Positions 18,996 to 27,650 of a stretch of DNA of 36,878 nucleotides are shown here, one piece after another. A program made the position numbers and the translations under genes. Position 1 is the first letter of the stretch, and the number at the start of each line of letters is the position of its first letter. The notes below the pieces were generated by a model. It had not been told where the DNA came from. It saw only the letters and a program-made list of their open reading frames with translations, and did not search any database. Source of the stretch: a virus (taxonomy: Duplodnaviria; Caudoviricetes). The stretch is taken from IMG/VR virus record IMGVR_UViG_3300023197_000202, positions 1 through 36,878 of that record; one strand, written 5' to 3'.

Positions 18996-20543
18996 TCAGT
19001 CGTCAGTTGACTCAACGTCAGCCTCTGTCGAGCCACCATCGGGGACGGCTGGCTCTCCATAGGTTTCCGCGAATTGTTCGATAACCTGCTCGTCGTCCTC
19101 ACTGAATTCGCCCATTTCGTCAGAAAGGGCTGCCTCAGTAGCCTCCGACCCATCTTCGTCGGTGCTACCCCCACCATCTGCGTCGGGAGAACCATCATTT
19201 GTCGGGAGTCCAAGCATGTCTCGCGCTTCTTCGGGTGACACGACTTCCTGTGGATTCCCACCAGAGATACGTTCGATACCCTGTGCGAAACTCGTGAAGT
19301 CGTCAGCATCGAAATCGTCACGTTCGAGCGGGTTCTCTTCCGTCGACTCCTGAATCTTGAGCTCGATTGATTCAACGGCTGCCTCTCCGTAGCCCATCTC
19401 ACGAGCTTTGCGCTTGATCGAGGGCTCGAACATGTCCTCCAGACGACGACGTTCACCCTTCACCTTGCGCTCGTACTGATCCTGCTGCGTCTTCGTAATG
19501 TCACGATTGACGCTGTCTGCGTGCCCGATCTTGTACTTCGGCGTTGGCATCGCACTGATAATCTGTTCGACATACCAGTCGAGCAGCTCTTCGATCTCAG
19601 GAACGTCGCTCGAGATCGTTTCGACATCCACGTCGCCTGGGACGAAGTCCTTCTGTCCCGTACTCCAGTTGCCCTCTTTGTGGGACAGCTGGTAGTTCTT
19701 CATCTCCTCGTCAGGCCAAATACCTGCTCGGGGATCACTGACGTCTCCGTTGGGCTCACCCAGTTTGAAGATCCAATGTGGGTACCCCTTGGAGTGAACA
19801 GCTGAGGATAGATCGTCGAGCATCTGGCGCAGTTCGTCGATCTCCGAGGAAACTGGTGCAACAGACGAGGTACCGAATATGTCACCAGTATCCCCGTCCT
19901 GAACCATCTTCAGAACGTCATTCTGTGAGAGGAGAATCGTCTTTCGGGAGTCGAATGGGCCGGCAATGGCGTCGTTATCCCACTGGCCGTAGGCTGCTGC
20001 TTCCCCTCTCGGAGTCGTTACTGCGTCTTCCTGATCGACATCGTCGGGACGGATCAGGACGGCCTTGTTGTCGTACGTGTAGGCGTTCACCGTCGACGCG
20101 TTGATCATTCGGAAGCCCCACATCTGGTTCGGATCATTCAGCTTCGGAACGATCTCAACGAGTGCAGTTCCACGGACTTCCTTCTGGGTGATACAACTGT
20201 CCCAGAGTTCCGTGATACTGTGATCTGCTTCGCCGTTGATGATGGCACATTCGTCAAGCCACTCCTCCATGTCATCTTCGAGCTCATCACTGTCGGCCTC
20301 GATTCGGTGCCCTGGCTCAGTGATGTCCTCACCATACATCCGGATTGGAATCCGAACGAGTGAGCACACCTGGTACTGCTCCCAGAACTTTTCCAGATCA
20401 GAATCGTCAGGCGTGATCGTATCGATTTCGCGTGAATCTCTGTAGGGCCCGTACCCACCGTGCCGATCTTCGTTGATCGTGTCGGGCGTACCGTCCCCCA
20501 GGACTGCCTCTCGTAGAGTACCAAATGTGTTCAAAAAATCCAT
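18996..20543 (-). CDS. Portal protein
   Basis: 515 aa after TerL; VRGTALVEIV and DIFGTSSV portal-like segments. Confidence 0.85.
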   Translation of the reverse strand: MDFLNTFGTLREAVLGDGTPDTINEDRHGGYGPYRDSREIDTITPDDSDLEKFWEQYQVCSLVRIPIRMYGEDITEPGHRIEADSDELEDDMEEWLDECAIINGEADHSITELWDSCITQKEVRGTALVEIVPKLNDPNQMWGFRMINASTVNAYTYDNKAVLIRPDDVDQEDAVTTPRGEAAAYGQWDNDAIAGPFDSRKTILLSQNDVLKMVQDGDTGDIFGTSSVAPVSSEIDELRQMLDDLSSAVHSKGYPHWIFKLGEPNGDVSDPRAGIWPDEEMKNYQLSHKEGNWSTGQKDFVPGDVDVETISSDVPEIEELLDWYVEQIISAMPTPKYKIGHADSVNRDITKTQQDQYERKVKGERRRLEDMFEPSIKRKAREMGYGEAAVESIELKIQESTEENPLERDDFDADDFTSFAQGIERISGGNPQEVVSPEEARDMLGLPTNDGSPDADGGGSTDEDGSEATEAALSDEMGEFSEDDEQVIEQFAETYGEPAVPDGGSTEADVESTDD

Positions 20544-20555
20544 TTTATGAAAGAA

Positions 20556-22079
20556 TTAGTATGAATAGAAACTGTAGCCCGCTTGTTCGCCAGCTCGTTC
20601 GACGTTCATTCCCCACGCAGCCAGCGATGCTGCGTCAAGCAAGTCTGGCGATCGTCCGAGTGCATCAGACTTCTTCAAATCCGACTTGGACGTCGCCTTC
20701 CAGGTGACACCGGCTCTGAGTTCCTTCTCAGTGAGCTCGATATGCCTGGCAGCTGAACGAAGTTCGGTTGCGAGCTCGGAGTCGGGTTCAACCGCTCCAT
20801 CGTCGAGCCAGTTACCGAATTTAACGAGACTCTCAGTCCGTTTGTCGTTGAACTTGTCGCGCTCGATCGCCTTCTCACTCGATTTGAACCGCGTTACGTT
20901 GTACGTGCGACTGAGTTGATCTGCGACGCCTGAGCCCTCTCCAATAGCATCGATGATGACTGGAGCCTCACTGTCGCCGACGTGCTGCTCGACGAGGCGC
21001 TTGTTCACAGCGTGATCTCCTGGCGACTCGACGTCGGCCAAGATGTCGACACGATCGGGCGTGATGCCAGCAATGACGGTTCTGTCACCACCACCGCGTG
21101 CGACGTCGACACCGAACGCGTCGTACTCAATGTCGTCTGAGACGCGTTCCCATGACTCAATCGAAGATGAGACGTCTTCGACGTGGAAGGGACGAACCGA
21201 ACGTGAGCCATCGTCGGGGATACAACCGAGTCGACGACGGTACCACCGTTCGTCCAGATTGTCGACGGTTGGACGGAGAACATCGGCCTCTGCGTCCCGT
21301 TCAACCATCTCCATGCAGGCCTCGACGCCAGGGAAGTCCTTGCTCTGGTGCCAACTGTTCCAATCTTCCTTCACCTGGCTGAGATCGACGAGGCCGGGTA
21401 GCTTCGGAGCATCAACGAGTCCGGCGTCAACCTTGACGTTTCGAGACTCGAAGGAGGTGAAGTTCACCGTTCGAAACATTGGATCGGTGAGAACGTCCCA
21501 GAAGGAGTTGGCCTCCTCACGAGGCGGGTTTCCGATGACGACGAAGCGATCGTTGTCATCTGTGACAGAGGATCGTGCGGACTCGAGGACAGCTTCGTCG
21601 ACGCCAGGCTTGTCGGCCTCGTCGACGATGACGAGCATTTTCTCGGCGTGACGTCCTTCGAGTGAGTCTGGATGGGTGGCACTGACTGCTCGGAAGGACT
21701 TCGTTGGCTGCTCGTCGAACTCAATACGTGGTTGTGCCTCTTTCACCTCACCAGGGAGTGGGACGCCATTATCGCGAGCTTCGGAGAGTAATCGCTTGAC
21801 TTCGGGCCAAACCGTCTGCTCCATTTGGGCGTACGAGCCACTGGTGATCATCACACTCCCACCTGGATTACAATAGAGGAAGGAGAGGCACAGAACTGCG
21901 ACAGAATAGGACTTCCCGACACCGTTTCCGCTACAGATAGCAGTCTGACGATTCGTCGTGACGTGTCGAATAATCTCTGCCTGGACGTCAGTGAGCTCAG
22001 TACCCAGAATGTCGTTCGCGAAGTTTACGTAGCGCTCTTCGCCATCGACATACGACTCGAGAGGGTGGGAAGATGACAT
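20556..22079 (-). CDS. terL: Terminase large subunit
   Basis: Walker A SGNGVGKS, Walker B VIVDEA, IGNP, nuclease motifs GVDVARGGGD and SPDLLDA. Confidence 0.95.
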   Translation of the reverse strand: MSSSHPLESYVDGEERYVNFANDILGTELTDVQAEIIRHVTTNRQTAICSGNGVGKSYSVAVLCLSFLYCNPGGSVMITSGSYAQMEQTVWPEVKRLLSEARDNGVPLPGEVKEAQPRIEFDEQPTKSFRAVSATHPDSLEGRHAEKMLVIVDEADKPGVDEAVLESARSSVTDDNDRFVVIGNPPREEANSFWDVLTDPMFRTVNFTSFESRNVKVDAGLVDAPKLPGLVDLSQVKEDWNSWHQSKDFPGVEACMEMVERDAEADVLRPTVDNLDERWYRRRLGCIPDDGSRSVRPFHVEDVSSSIESWERVSDDIEYDAFGVDVARGGGDRTVIAGITPDRVDILADVESPGDHAVNKRLVEQHVGDSEAPVIIDAIGEGSGVADQLSRTYNVTRFKSSEKAIERDKFNDKRTESLVKFGNWLDDGAVEPDSELATELRSAARHIELTEKELRAGVTWKATSKSDLKKSDALGRSPDLLDAASLAAWGMNVERAGEQAGYSFYSY

Positions 22080-22101
22080 CCAGAGCAGAGCAAAAGTGCG
22101 G

Positions 22102-22530
22102 TTATTCGTCGTCGACAGCGTCTTCGGCTTCGGACAGCTGCCCCATCCAGTCAGACTGGGCCTCTGCCTTCGTCATCTCGGGGCCGTCTTCGAGGAGCCC
22201 GAGCTTTTCGAGCTCACGAGTCATGTTGGAGGCGAGCCGGTTGTAGGCGTCACGAGCTCGTTCGCTCGTATCGTCGAGGATGTCGTCCTCGAGCGTGTGC
22301 TCGTTATAGCGCCAGCGTTTGACGGTATCAACCGCTACGTTGCGAATCGCCTCACGTTCGTAGGCTCCAACTTCACCGTCGAACTTTGCGAGCAGATCCG
22401 TCGAGACTTCGACGACAAGCTCCTTCTCCGAGTCTGAGAGACGATTGTAGAGCTTCTCTCGATCGGAGAAAAGCGAGTGCTTCTCTCCATTACCGTTGCC
22501 AGGCTGGCCTCCCTTGGTTCTATCAGACAT
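22102..22530 (-). CDS. terS: Terminase small subunit (putative)
   Basis: GGQPGN.N.EKH.LF N-terminal motif; helical; immediately upstream of TerL. Confidence 0.8.
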   Translation of the reverse strand: MSDRTKGGQPGNGNGEKHSLFSDREKLYNRLSDSEKELVVEVSTDLLAKFDGEVGAYEREAIRNVAVDTVKRWRYNEHTLEDDILDDTSERARDAYNRLASNMTRELEKLGLLEDGPEMTKAEAQSDWMGQLSEAEDAVDDE

Positions 22531-22558
22531 AAATAGTATCAGTTGCGAAAGATGTCAG

Positions 22559-22651
22559 TCAGTTCTCTGATCTATGCGCCTTCTCGCGATGGTATTCTAA
22601 CTGCTTCTCGTTACCACAGAGACGGTTGCATTCAGAGCACTGAGCAAACAT
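22559..22651 (-). CDS. 30-aa C2H2 zinc-finger microprotein
   Basis: MFAQCSECNRLCGNEKQLEYHREKAHRSEN fits CxxC-x12-H-x4-H; the longer ORF call only runs through the promoter and a low-complexity tract. Confidence 0.6.
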   Translation of the reverse strand: MFAQCSECNRLCGNEKQLEYHREKAHRSEN

Positions 22652-22664
22652 TGGTTGCGACAAA

Positions 22665-22714
22665 ATAGATAGATAGAGAGATAGAAAGATGGAGAGAGAA
22701 GATAGAGAGAGGAG
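22665..22714. repeat. Purine-rich (GATA/GA) low-complexity tract
   Basis: atagatagatagagagatagaaagatggagagagaagatagagagaggag; pyrimidine-rich on the late transcript. Confidence 0.8.
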
Positions 22715-22732
22715 CGGGGCTGCATGCTCTAC

Positions 22733-22774
22733 TACGTGCTCCATCGACGTTACCCTTCTCAGGCATTGAGATAG
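22733..22774 (-). promoter_or_regulatory. Putative viral late promoter element, copy 1
   Basis: TACGTGCTC-n5-ACGT-nACnC-TTCTC-n6-TGAGATAG shared with 13667-13708; upstream of the terminase operon. Confidence 0.7.
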
Positions 22775-22857
22775 CACATCGTGTAGCTACGGAATTCGCG
22801 TACCCAATCAGATAATTTGCAGAACTTATATCGGTATAGTTTCTGTTTGAGTACTCA

Positions 22858-23682
22858 ATGGCACAAGAAGGATATCAAGATAGAGCATATATCTATGCAA
22901 GTTCATCTTCATTAGATGATCTCAAATCATGGGCCTCTAAAATGCGAACAAAGTCGGAAAAGAAAGGGATAAATTACCAAGGCCCTCACCCCCTTGAGCC
23001 AAAAGAGGTTGGAGGAATTACATTCTACACAAGAGCATTTGAGGTAACTCTCACTGACAAGTCAAGAGAGATCTTGGATACTGAACTTCCCGATGAAGTT
23101 TATATGGAAATGAGTCTGGGCAAGAATATATCCCCTGACGTTGAAGATATAATTCCAGATGAGAAATTACACGAGGCGGGTGAAGTAGATGAAAATTCGG
23201 CGGATTCTCAGGAAGATGAAGAGGCCAGCGAAGTTGAAACACTCTCACAAGAGTCAGAGATTGAAGCCTCTGAATCTGGTGAATCACAGACTTCGACAGA
23301 ATTGTCAGGTTCTGAGCAAGAGCCAAATCTAACAGAGCTACGTGAACAGGCTAATGAGGCTGCCGTCGAAGAAGTCCCTGAATCAGCGACAACATCATCA
23401 CAGACGAAACAGCAGTACAGTCGTGCCTCTGAAGTTCGTGATTACGTGATGGCCAGAGCAGATGGAGAATGTGAGGGTTGCGAAGAGCCCGCCCCATTCA
23501 CAAGCAAGACTGGAGAGCCCTATCTTCACGCACACCACGTCCATGAGCTCAGTAACGGAGGCTCAGATACACCTGATACTGTCATCGCTCTCTGTCCAAA
23601 TTGTCACTATCGAGTCCACCACGGAGAAGATGGAGAGGAGTACAATCAAGAACTGCGTGAAACACTCAACGACATTGAGTAA
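22858..23682 (+). CDS. uS10-like domain - acidic linker - HNH endonuclease fusion
   Basis: C-terminal CEGC...LHAHHV...GG.D...ALCPNCH HNH; N-terminal about 87 aa follow the uS10 pattern (KKGI..GPHPLEPK..R.FEV..LPDEV.ME); TTATAT box at 22826-22831. Confidence 0.85.
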   Translation: MAQEGYQDRAYIYASSSSLDDLKSWASKMRTKSEKKGINYQGPHPLEPKEVGGITFYTRAFEVTLTDKSREILDTELPDEVYMEMSLGKNISPDVEDIIPDEKLHEAGEVDENSADSQEDEEASEVETLSQESEIEASESGESQTSTELSGSEQEPNLTELREQANEAAVEEVPESATTSSQTKQQYSRASEVRDYVMARADGECEGCEEPAPFTSKTGEPYLHAHHVHELSNGGSDTPDTVIALCPNCHYRVHHGEDGEEYNQELRETLNDIE

Positions 23683-23693
23683 TAACTCTGGAG

Positions 23694-24311
23694 TTAATTA
23701 GGGGATATTTCTATGAGTGAAGGCTGCTCCTGCGGTTTTGACTCTCCAGTGGCTTTCCAACGATTGTATCCATCGTACGCTCTTGCGACTCGATCATCTT
23801 GATATCCACTATCCGAGAGCGCTTCTTCTGGTATCTTTTCGGGCTTGCGTCCGTCGGCGAACCATCGTCCAGTTCTCTTCCCATTCCCACTGTATAGCTT
23901 GAGTTGAATATCTATAGGCTGGAGGAAACTTGACGACGGCCCGTAAGGCTCGTACAGCCCTCTCTCCGTCAATAAAAATATCTTATGTCCATCTCGACTG
24001 GGAGCATCACTCGCCAAATCCGAAGCAGGATCAGTTTCACACTCTACGCCTACAATCGTACCGTCGTCCATCACGACTGCGACATCAATGCTCCACCTCT
24101 CGTATGATAGCTCCTCTATGATGTCTTCCGCTTCAAATCCTTGTGATAGCAAAAAGTAGACTGCTGTGTTCTTCATCCGAACATGGCCTGATTCTTCTGA
24201 ACCCCACTCTCCATCCAAGTGAGGCCAATCCAGTTCGGGCTTATTTCCGGACTTCACTATCAGAATAGACGCCTGTTCACGACATGAATTCTTCGCACGT
24301 ATATTCTTCAA
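23694..24311 (-). CDS. PD-(D/E)XK-like nuclease-fold protein
   Basis: H..MK..A...L...GF...EE....IDVAV...VGVECET pattern. Confidence 0.6.
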   Translation of the reverse strand: MKNIRAKNSCREQASILIVKSGNKPELDWPHLDGEWGSEESGHVRMKNTAVYFLLSQGFEAEDIIEELSYERWSIDVAVVMDDGTIVGVECETDPASDLASDAPSRDGHKIFLLTERGLYEPYGPSSSFLQPIDIQLKLYSGNGKRTGRWFADGRKPEKIPEEALSDSGYQDDRVARAYDGYNRWKATGESKPQEQPSLIEISPN

Positions 24312-24634
24312 TGGTGAGCCTTCGTCCGCTTTGTCATAGGATGGAGTCCCGCCATGTTCTCGTCACAGTCCTCACAGAGTGTGAGACGATTAACGAGTTC
24401 GTCTGGTTCAGACTCGTCGACGACATGTGTAACAAGTTCGTCGTCGCTACCACAGACGAGGCAGGCTCTGTCGTCACGCTCGAGGACGTCGGCCCGAAAG
24501 CTGTCTTCCTCGTTTTCACCCTCGGAGTCGTCGGCATCTACGTCGTCGCAAAAGCGTTGATGCGCACCCAGTCCTGCGCTCTTGAACTCCTCGCCACAGT
24601 ATTCGCACTCAACCATGTCAGCGTCTGCTGTCAT
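24308..24634 (-). CDS. Zn finger plus degenerate HNH-like protein
   Basis: CEYC...H..FC finger, then VLERDD.ACLVC...N.LTLCEDC with a weakened His motif. Confidence 0.7.
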   Translation of the reverse strand: MTADADMVECEYCGEEFKSAGLGAHQRFCDDVDADDSEGENEEDSFRADVLERDDRACLVCGSDDELVTHVVDESEPDELVNRLTLCEDCDENMAGLHPMTKRTKAHH

Positions 24635-24951
24635 GCCTGGCCCTCCGTGGCCTGCCCAAGCTGGGTGACGGTTTCAACCTCGATGACGTCGGCATCATCC
24701 ATCTCGAACTCCCGTTGAACGTGCGCTTCGTCGAATTCTATCCGGCTCTCGATGTGATCCCGAGCGTCGTCTCCGTCGCGGTGGAAATTGTCCACGTGAT
24801 TCAAGATCGCGTTAACTGTCGTCGTCACGATGTCATCTTGGAGTCGATCAAGATCGTCGTACTCGTCAAGAAGGATCTCGACAGGCACCTCGTAGCGATT
24901 AATCTCGATGTTGTCCAGAACTACCGTCTCATCGGCGTACTCGTCACTCAT
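24631..24951 (-). CDS. Hypothetical acidic protein
   Basis: Halophilic composition; 4-bp overlap with the next gene; TATA-like AT run upstream. Confidence 0.7.
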   Translation of the reverse strand: MSDEYADETVVLDNIEINRYEVPVEILLDEYDDLDRLQDDIVTTTVNAILNHVDNFHRDGDDARDHIESRIEFDEAHVQREFEMDDADVIEVETVTQLGQATEGQA

Positions 24952-25165
24952 TGGTATATAATATGGTATCCAGTCCTGTTACACTTCACCGGGACTGTGA
25001 TACTCTATAACCAATTTCAACTGTGAAACGGCCAATATCTGGAGGTTGATAACAGTAGTACTGCCGTCTGTATCGATGCTTGTTATCGTAGCTGTCGCAA
25101 GGTAGCTTAATCCCTCTAATTAAGAGTCTGACAGGGCTCGCGTAAAAAAGATTATTGCAACCGAC

Positions 25166-25411
25166 ATGATAATCAAGTATATGACGAATGAGGAGCGTAT
25201 TGAGGCTCGTATAGAATCTGAACTTAAATCAAAGCGATATAAACCCCATGAGAATGGAGAGCAAACTGTTAAAATCAAAATAGCAAGTGCCGGACTCACT
25301 GTAGACGAGGTTTTAGATCATAAGTGGGTGAAAGACGCTTATTCTGCTACTGACGGCGAATATACTGTCCATGTGAAGGCAGAATCGGATATCCATATCT
25401 CGGTAGTGTAA
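25166..25411 (+). CDS. Hypothetical protein (start may be 25181)
   Basis: AT-rich island; stop overlaps the next start (TAATG). Confidence 0.6.
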   Translation: MIIKYMTNEERIEARIESELKSKRYKPHENGEQTVKIKIASAGLTVDEVLDHKWVKDAYSATDGEYTVHVKAESDIHISVV

Positions 25412-25854
25412 TGAGTCAAGTTGTGGCCTTTTTAAAGAAAATATATCCAAATTTTTCCGAGGCCAGACAGTCAAGGCGCAAAATCAGGCAGCAGTATAGA
25501 AAGAATCAAAAGGCACTGGATCGGGATGACGATGTTGAGCTGGTAATGACAACAAATGATAATACTGGATATTTAACAAGCCGTTCTGAAGAAACCGCTA
25601 TTGAAGCCGATCACCTCATCCAGAAGCACGGATCCGAATCAGATCCACTTTCTTATAGAGTGACAGATGATAAGAATGCTGTAAAGACGGCATTCAGTAG
25701 TGTTATCACTGAAATCAGTAGGAGAAACTGGCTCAGTTATGCTATAGAGATTTTATTCATTGTTTTCGTAATTCTGTGCTTTAGCCTCTCAATCATACTT
25801 GGAGCATATAGTATTGAAAGTTTGATAACAGGTATAGCCGGATCAATAGCTTAG
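25411..25854 (+). CDS. Hypothetical membrane-anchored protein
   Basis: Basic N-terminus, long C-terminal hydrophobic segment; coupled to the upstream ORF. Confidence 0.65.
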   Translation: MSQVVAFLKKIYPNFSEARQSRRKIRQQYRKNQKALDRDDDVELVMTTNDNTGYLTSRSEETAIEADHLIQKHGSESDPLSYRVTDDKNAVKTAFSSVITEISRRNWLSYAIEILFIVFVILCFSLSIILGAYSIESLITGIAGSIA

Positions 25855-26008
25855 TTTTAGTGCTCTACACTTTAGATTTAATTTGAACTTTATTTACACT
25901 TATTGGTGATTATTAGAATACAATCGACTTTTCAACCACCAGGTGTCGCCCCTATTGGTTCAGAGAATGAAAATATACTTTTGAGACGACAATTTGTAGT
26001 GTGTTGCA

Positions 26009-26770
26009 TTATTCTAAGTCCTCCCATACATCCTCATAGGTAGAGTACTCCCTGTCTGGATGTGTCCATGAGTCCGGAGGTTCCCAGTCAATTTGTCCAT
26101 CTTCCTCAGTATACTCCCATTGGAAATCTTCTTCCGCTTGGTGTATGAAATGCTCAGCTTCTGCTTCTATGTCCATCGGTTCTGCACCCATTGATGCAAG
26201 TTGTCGATCAGCTAATTCTCCAATGAGGAAATTAGACGATGTAACGGCAAACCGAATTAGTGCTCGCGGATACTCCAGTTCCAACCAAGAATTGTGTCCA
26301 CACTCATTACGCACCTCTCGGACGAAGTGGAACAACTTTCGCTCATCATTAGAGATAATATCATTAGAATAGGCTGAATTGATTGCCGAGGCAAAGTTCG
26401 TAGATGGGTCGACATCCAATATATCTAAAAAATATGACTCAAAGAAGGAACACGCTCTCATGACGCAGGCATGTTCCTCATTATTCTCCCACAGTCTGTA
26501 GAATTCTCTCTGTTCAATGAGTAGCATCGGTATCTTTTCATCAAACAGATCCGCCCCTACTCGCTCCCAGTTTTTATATATGAATCTTAGCGCTTCATAC
26601 CGATGATCCTCTTCTGCAATCACCTTTGCAGTTGGTATGGCCTGATCTGGCGATATAACACCGTGCGAGCCGGGGGAAACGTCAGCTGCCCGTTCGTAAT
26701 CTTCCTCAGTTACCTCCTCTTCATAAACTGCCTGTATAGCCCTTATAAAAATTCCAATATTTCCACTCAT
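26009..26770 (-). CDS. HEPN-domain protein (putative RNase)
   Basis: ACSFFESY helix and Rx4H motif RNECGH in a helical context; AT-rich. Confidence 0.65.
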   Translation of the reverse strand: MSGNIGIFIRAIQAVYEEEVTEEDYERAADVSPGSHGVISPDQAIPTAKVIAEEDHRYEALRFIYKNWERVGADLFDEKIPMLLIEQREFYRLWENNEEHACVMRACSFFESYFLDILDVDPSTNFASAINSAYSNDIISNDERKLFHFVREVRNECGHNSWLELEYPRALIRFAVTSSNFLIGELADRQLASMGAEPMDIEAEAEHFIHQAEEDFQWEYTEEDGQIDWEPPDSWTHPDREYSTYEDVWEDLE

Positions 26771-27426
26771 AGTTACTATCCACTATTCCAAATTGAGTGT
26801 TAAAAATTTGACGGGGCTTGGAATCCCTCTGTTGAACCTAATAAAATCAAGAATCATTCTGGGAATAGACGCGACTGATTCACATATTGGCCTCAGTGTT
26901 TGAGGAGTATCTCCTTACTCTGAGAGCGATCGTGATTTTCCGTAGATCGTTCGCAGCAGACAGAGCAACTATCAGAGCCGACGATGGCCACCTTCGAGGC
27001 CGACACAGAGGCGAGCAGCAGCGTCTTAGAGGACGTCGTCAACAGTTTCGAGGAGACATCAGGATAACGTTGGAGGCGACACAGAGGCAGCTCTCGGATC
27101 GGACATGCGCAGTGTCTGATGGCACGTCAGAAAGGGACATAGCATCAGAGTCTCTTGGTTGTCTGATACACACAGCGGTGGACACCGTTGTTGTATTGTT
27201 GACAGGGAAGCAATACTTCGGGGACGAGGGCGAGATTCGAGTTCAACGAAGGTGAGAATAATTAAACAAGCGTAAGAAAATCGGGCAGATTCTGCAACTG
27301 TGGAGATCGAGGACAGCCGGTTCTGGCCTGATGACTGCGAGCTCGGCTGCCGTATGTTCAGACAAGAACGGGTTCTGTTGTCGCTCTGTAGGGTACTGGG
27401 GCTTCTTCTTGTACAACTACTGCCCC

Positions 27427-27650
27427 TTCGTATTCAACGATAGACGTCTTCTACTACCACAGTACTACCATCTAACACACAACAACGGTGCCAACTGCGG
27501 TTGCTGTACTGCTGTAGTGTACTTACAAAAAACATCCTTTTCGTATTCAATGTTTAGACGTCTTAGACTACGTATTACTACCTCTATACCACAACAACGG
27601 TGTTAACTGCTGTAGTGTACTAACTAACGGCAGTCCAGTTCGTATCCTAA
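27427..27650. repeat. Imperfect direct repeat, period about 113 bp (two units plus a partial third)
   Basis: Blocks TTCGTATTCAA, TAGACGTCTT, TACTACC, CACAACAACGGTG, AACTGC, CTGCTGTAGTGTACT recur in order from 27427 and 27540. Confidence 0.85.

Noticed and set aside
22652-22777. Hydrophobic N-terminal extension of the 72-aa ORF as a membrane segment
   Set aside because: The Leu/Ser run is simply the translation of the CT-rich tract, and it overlaps the promoter motif.
24308-24634. Active terminase-associated HNH (HK97 gp74-like)
   Set aside because: The His motif is degenerate (THVV) and the final His is missing, so nuclease activity cannot be claimed.
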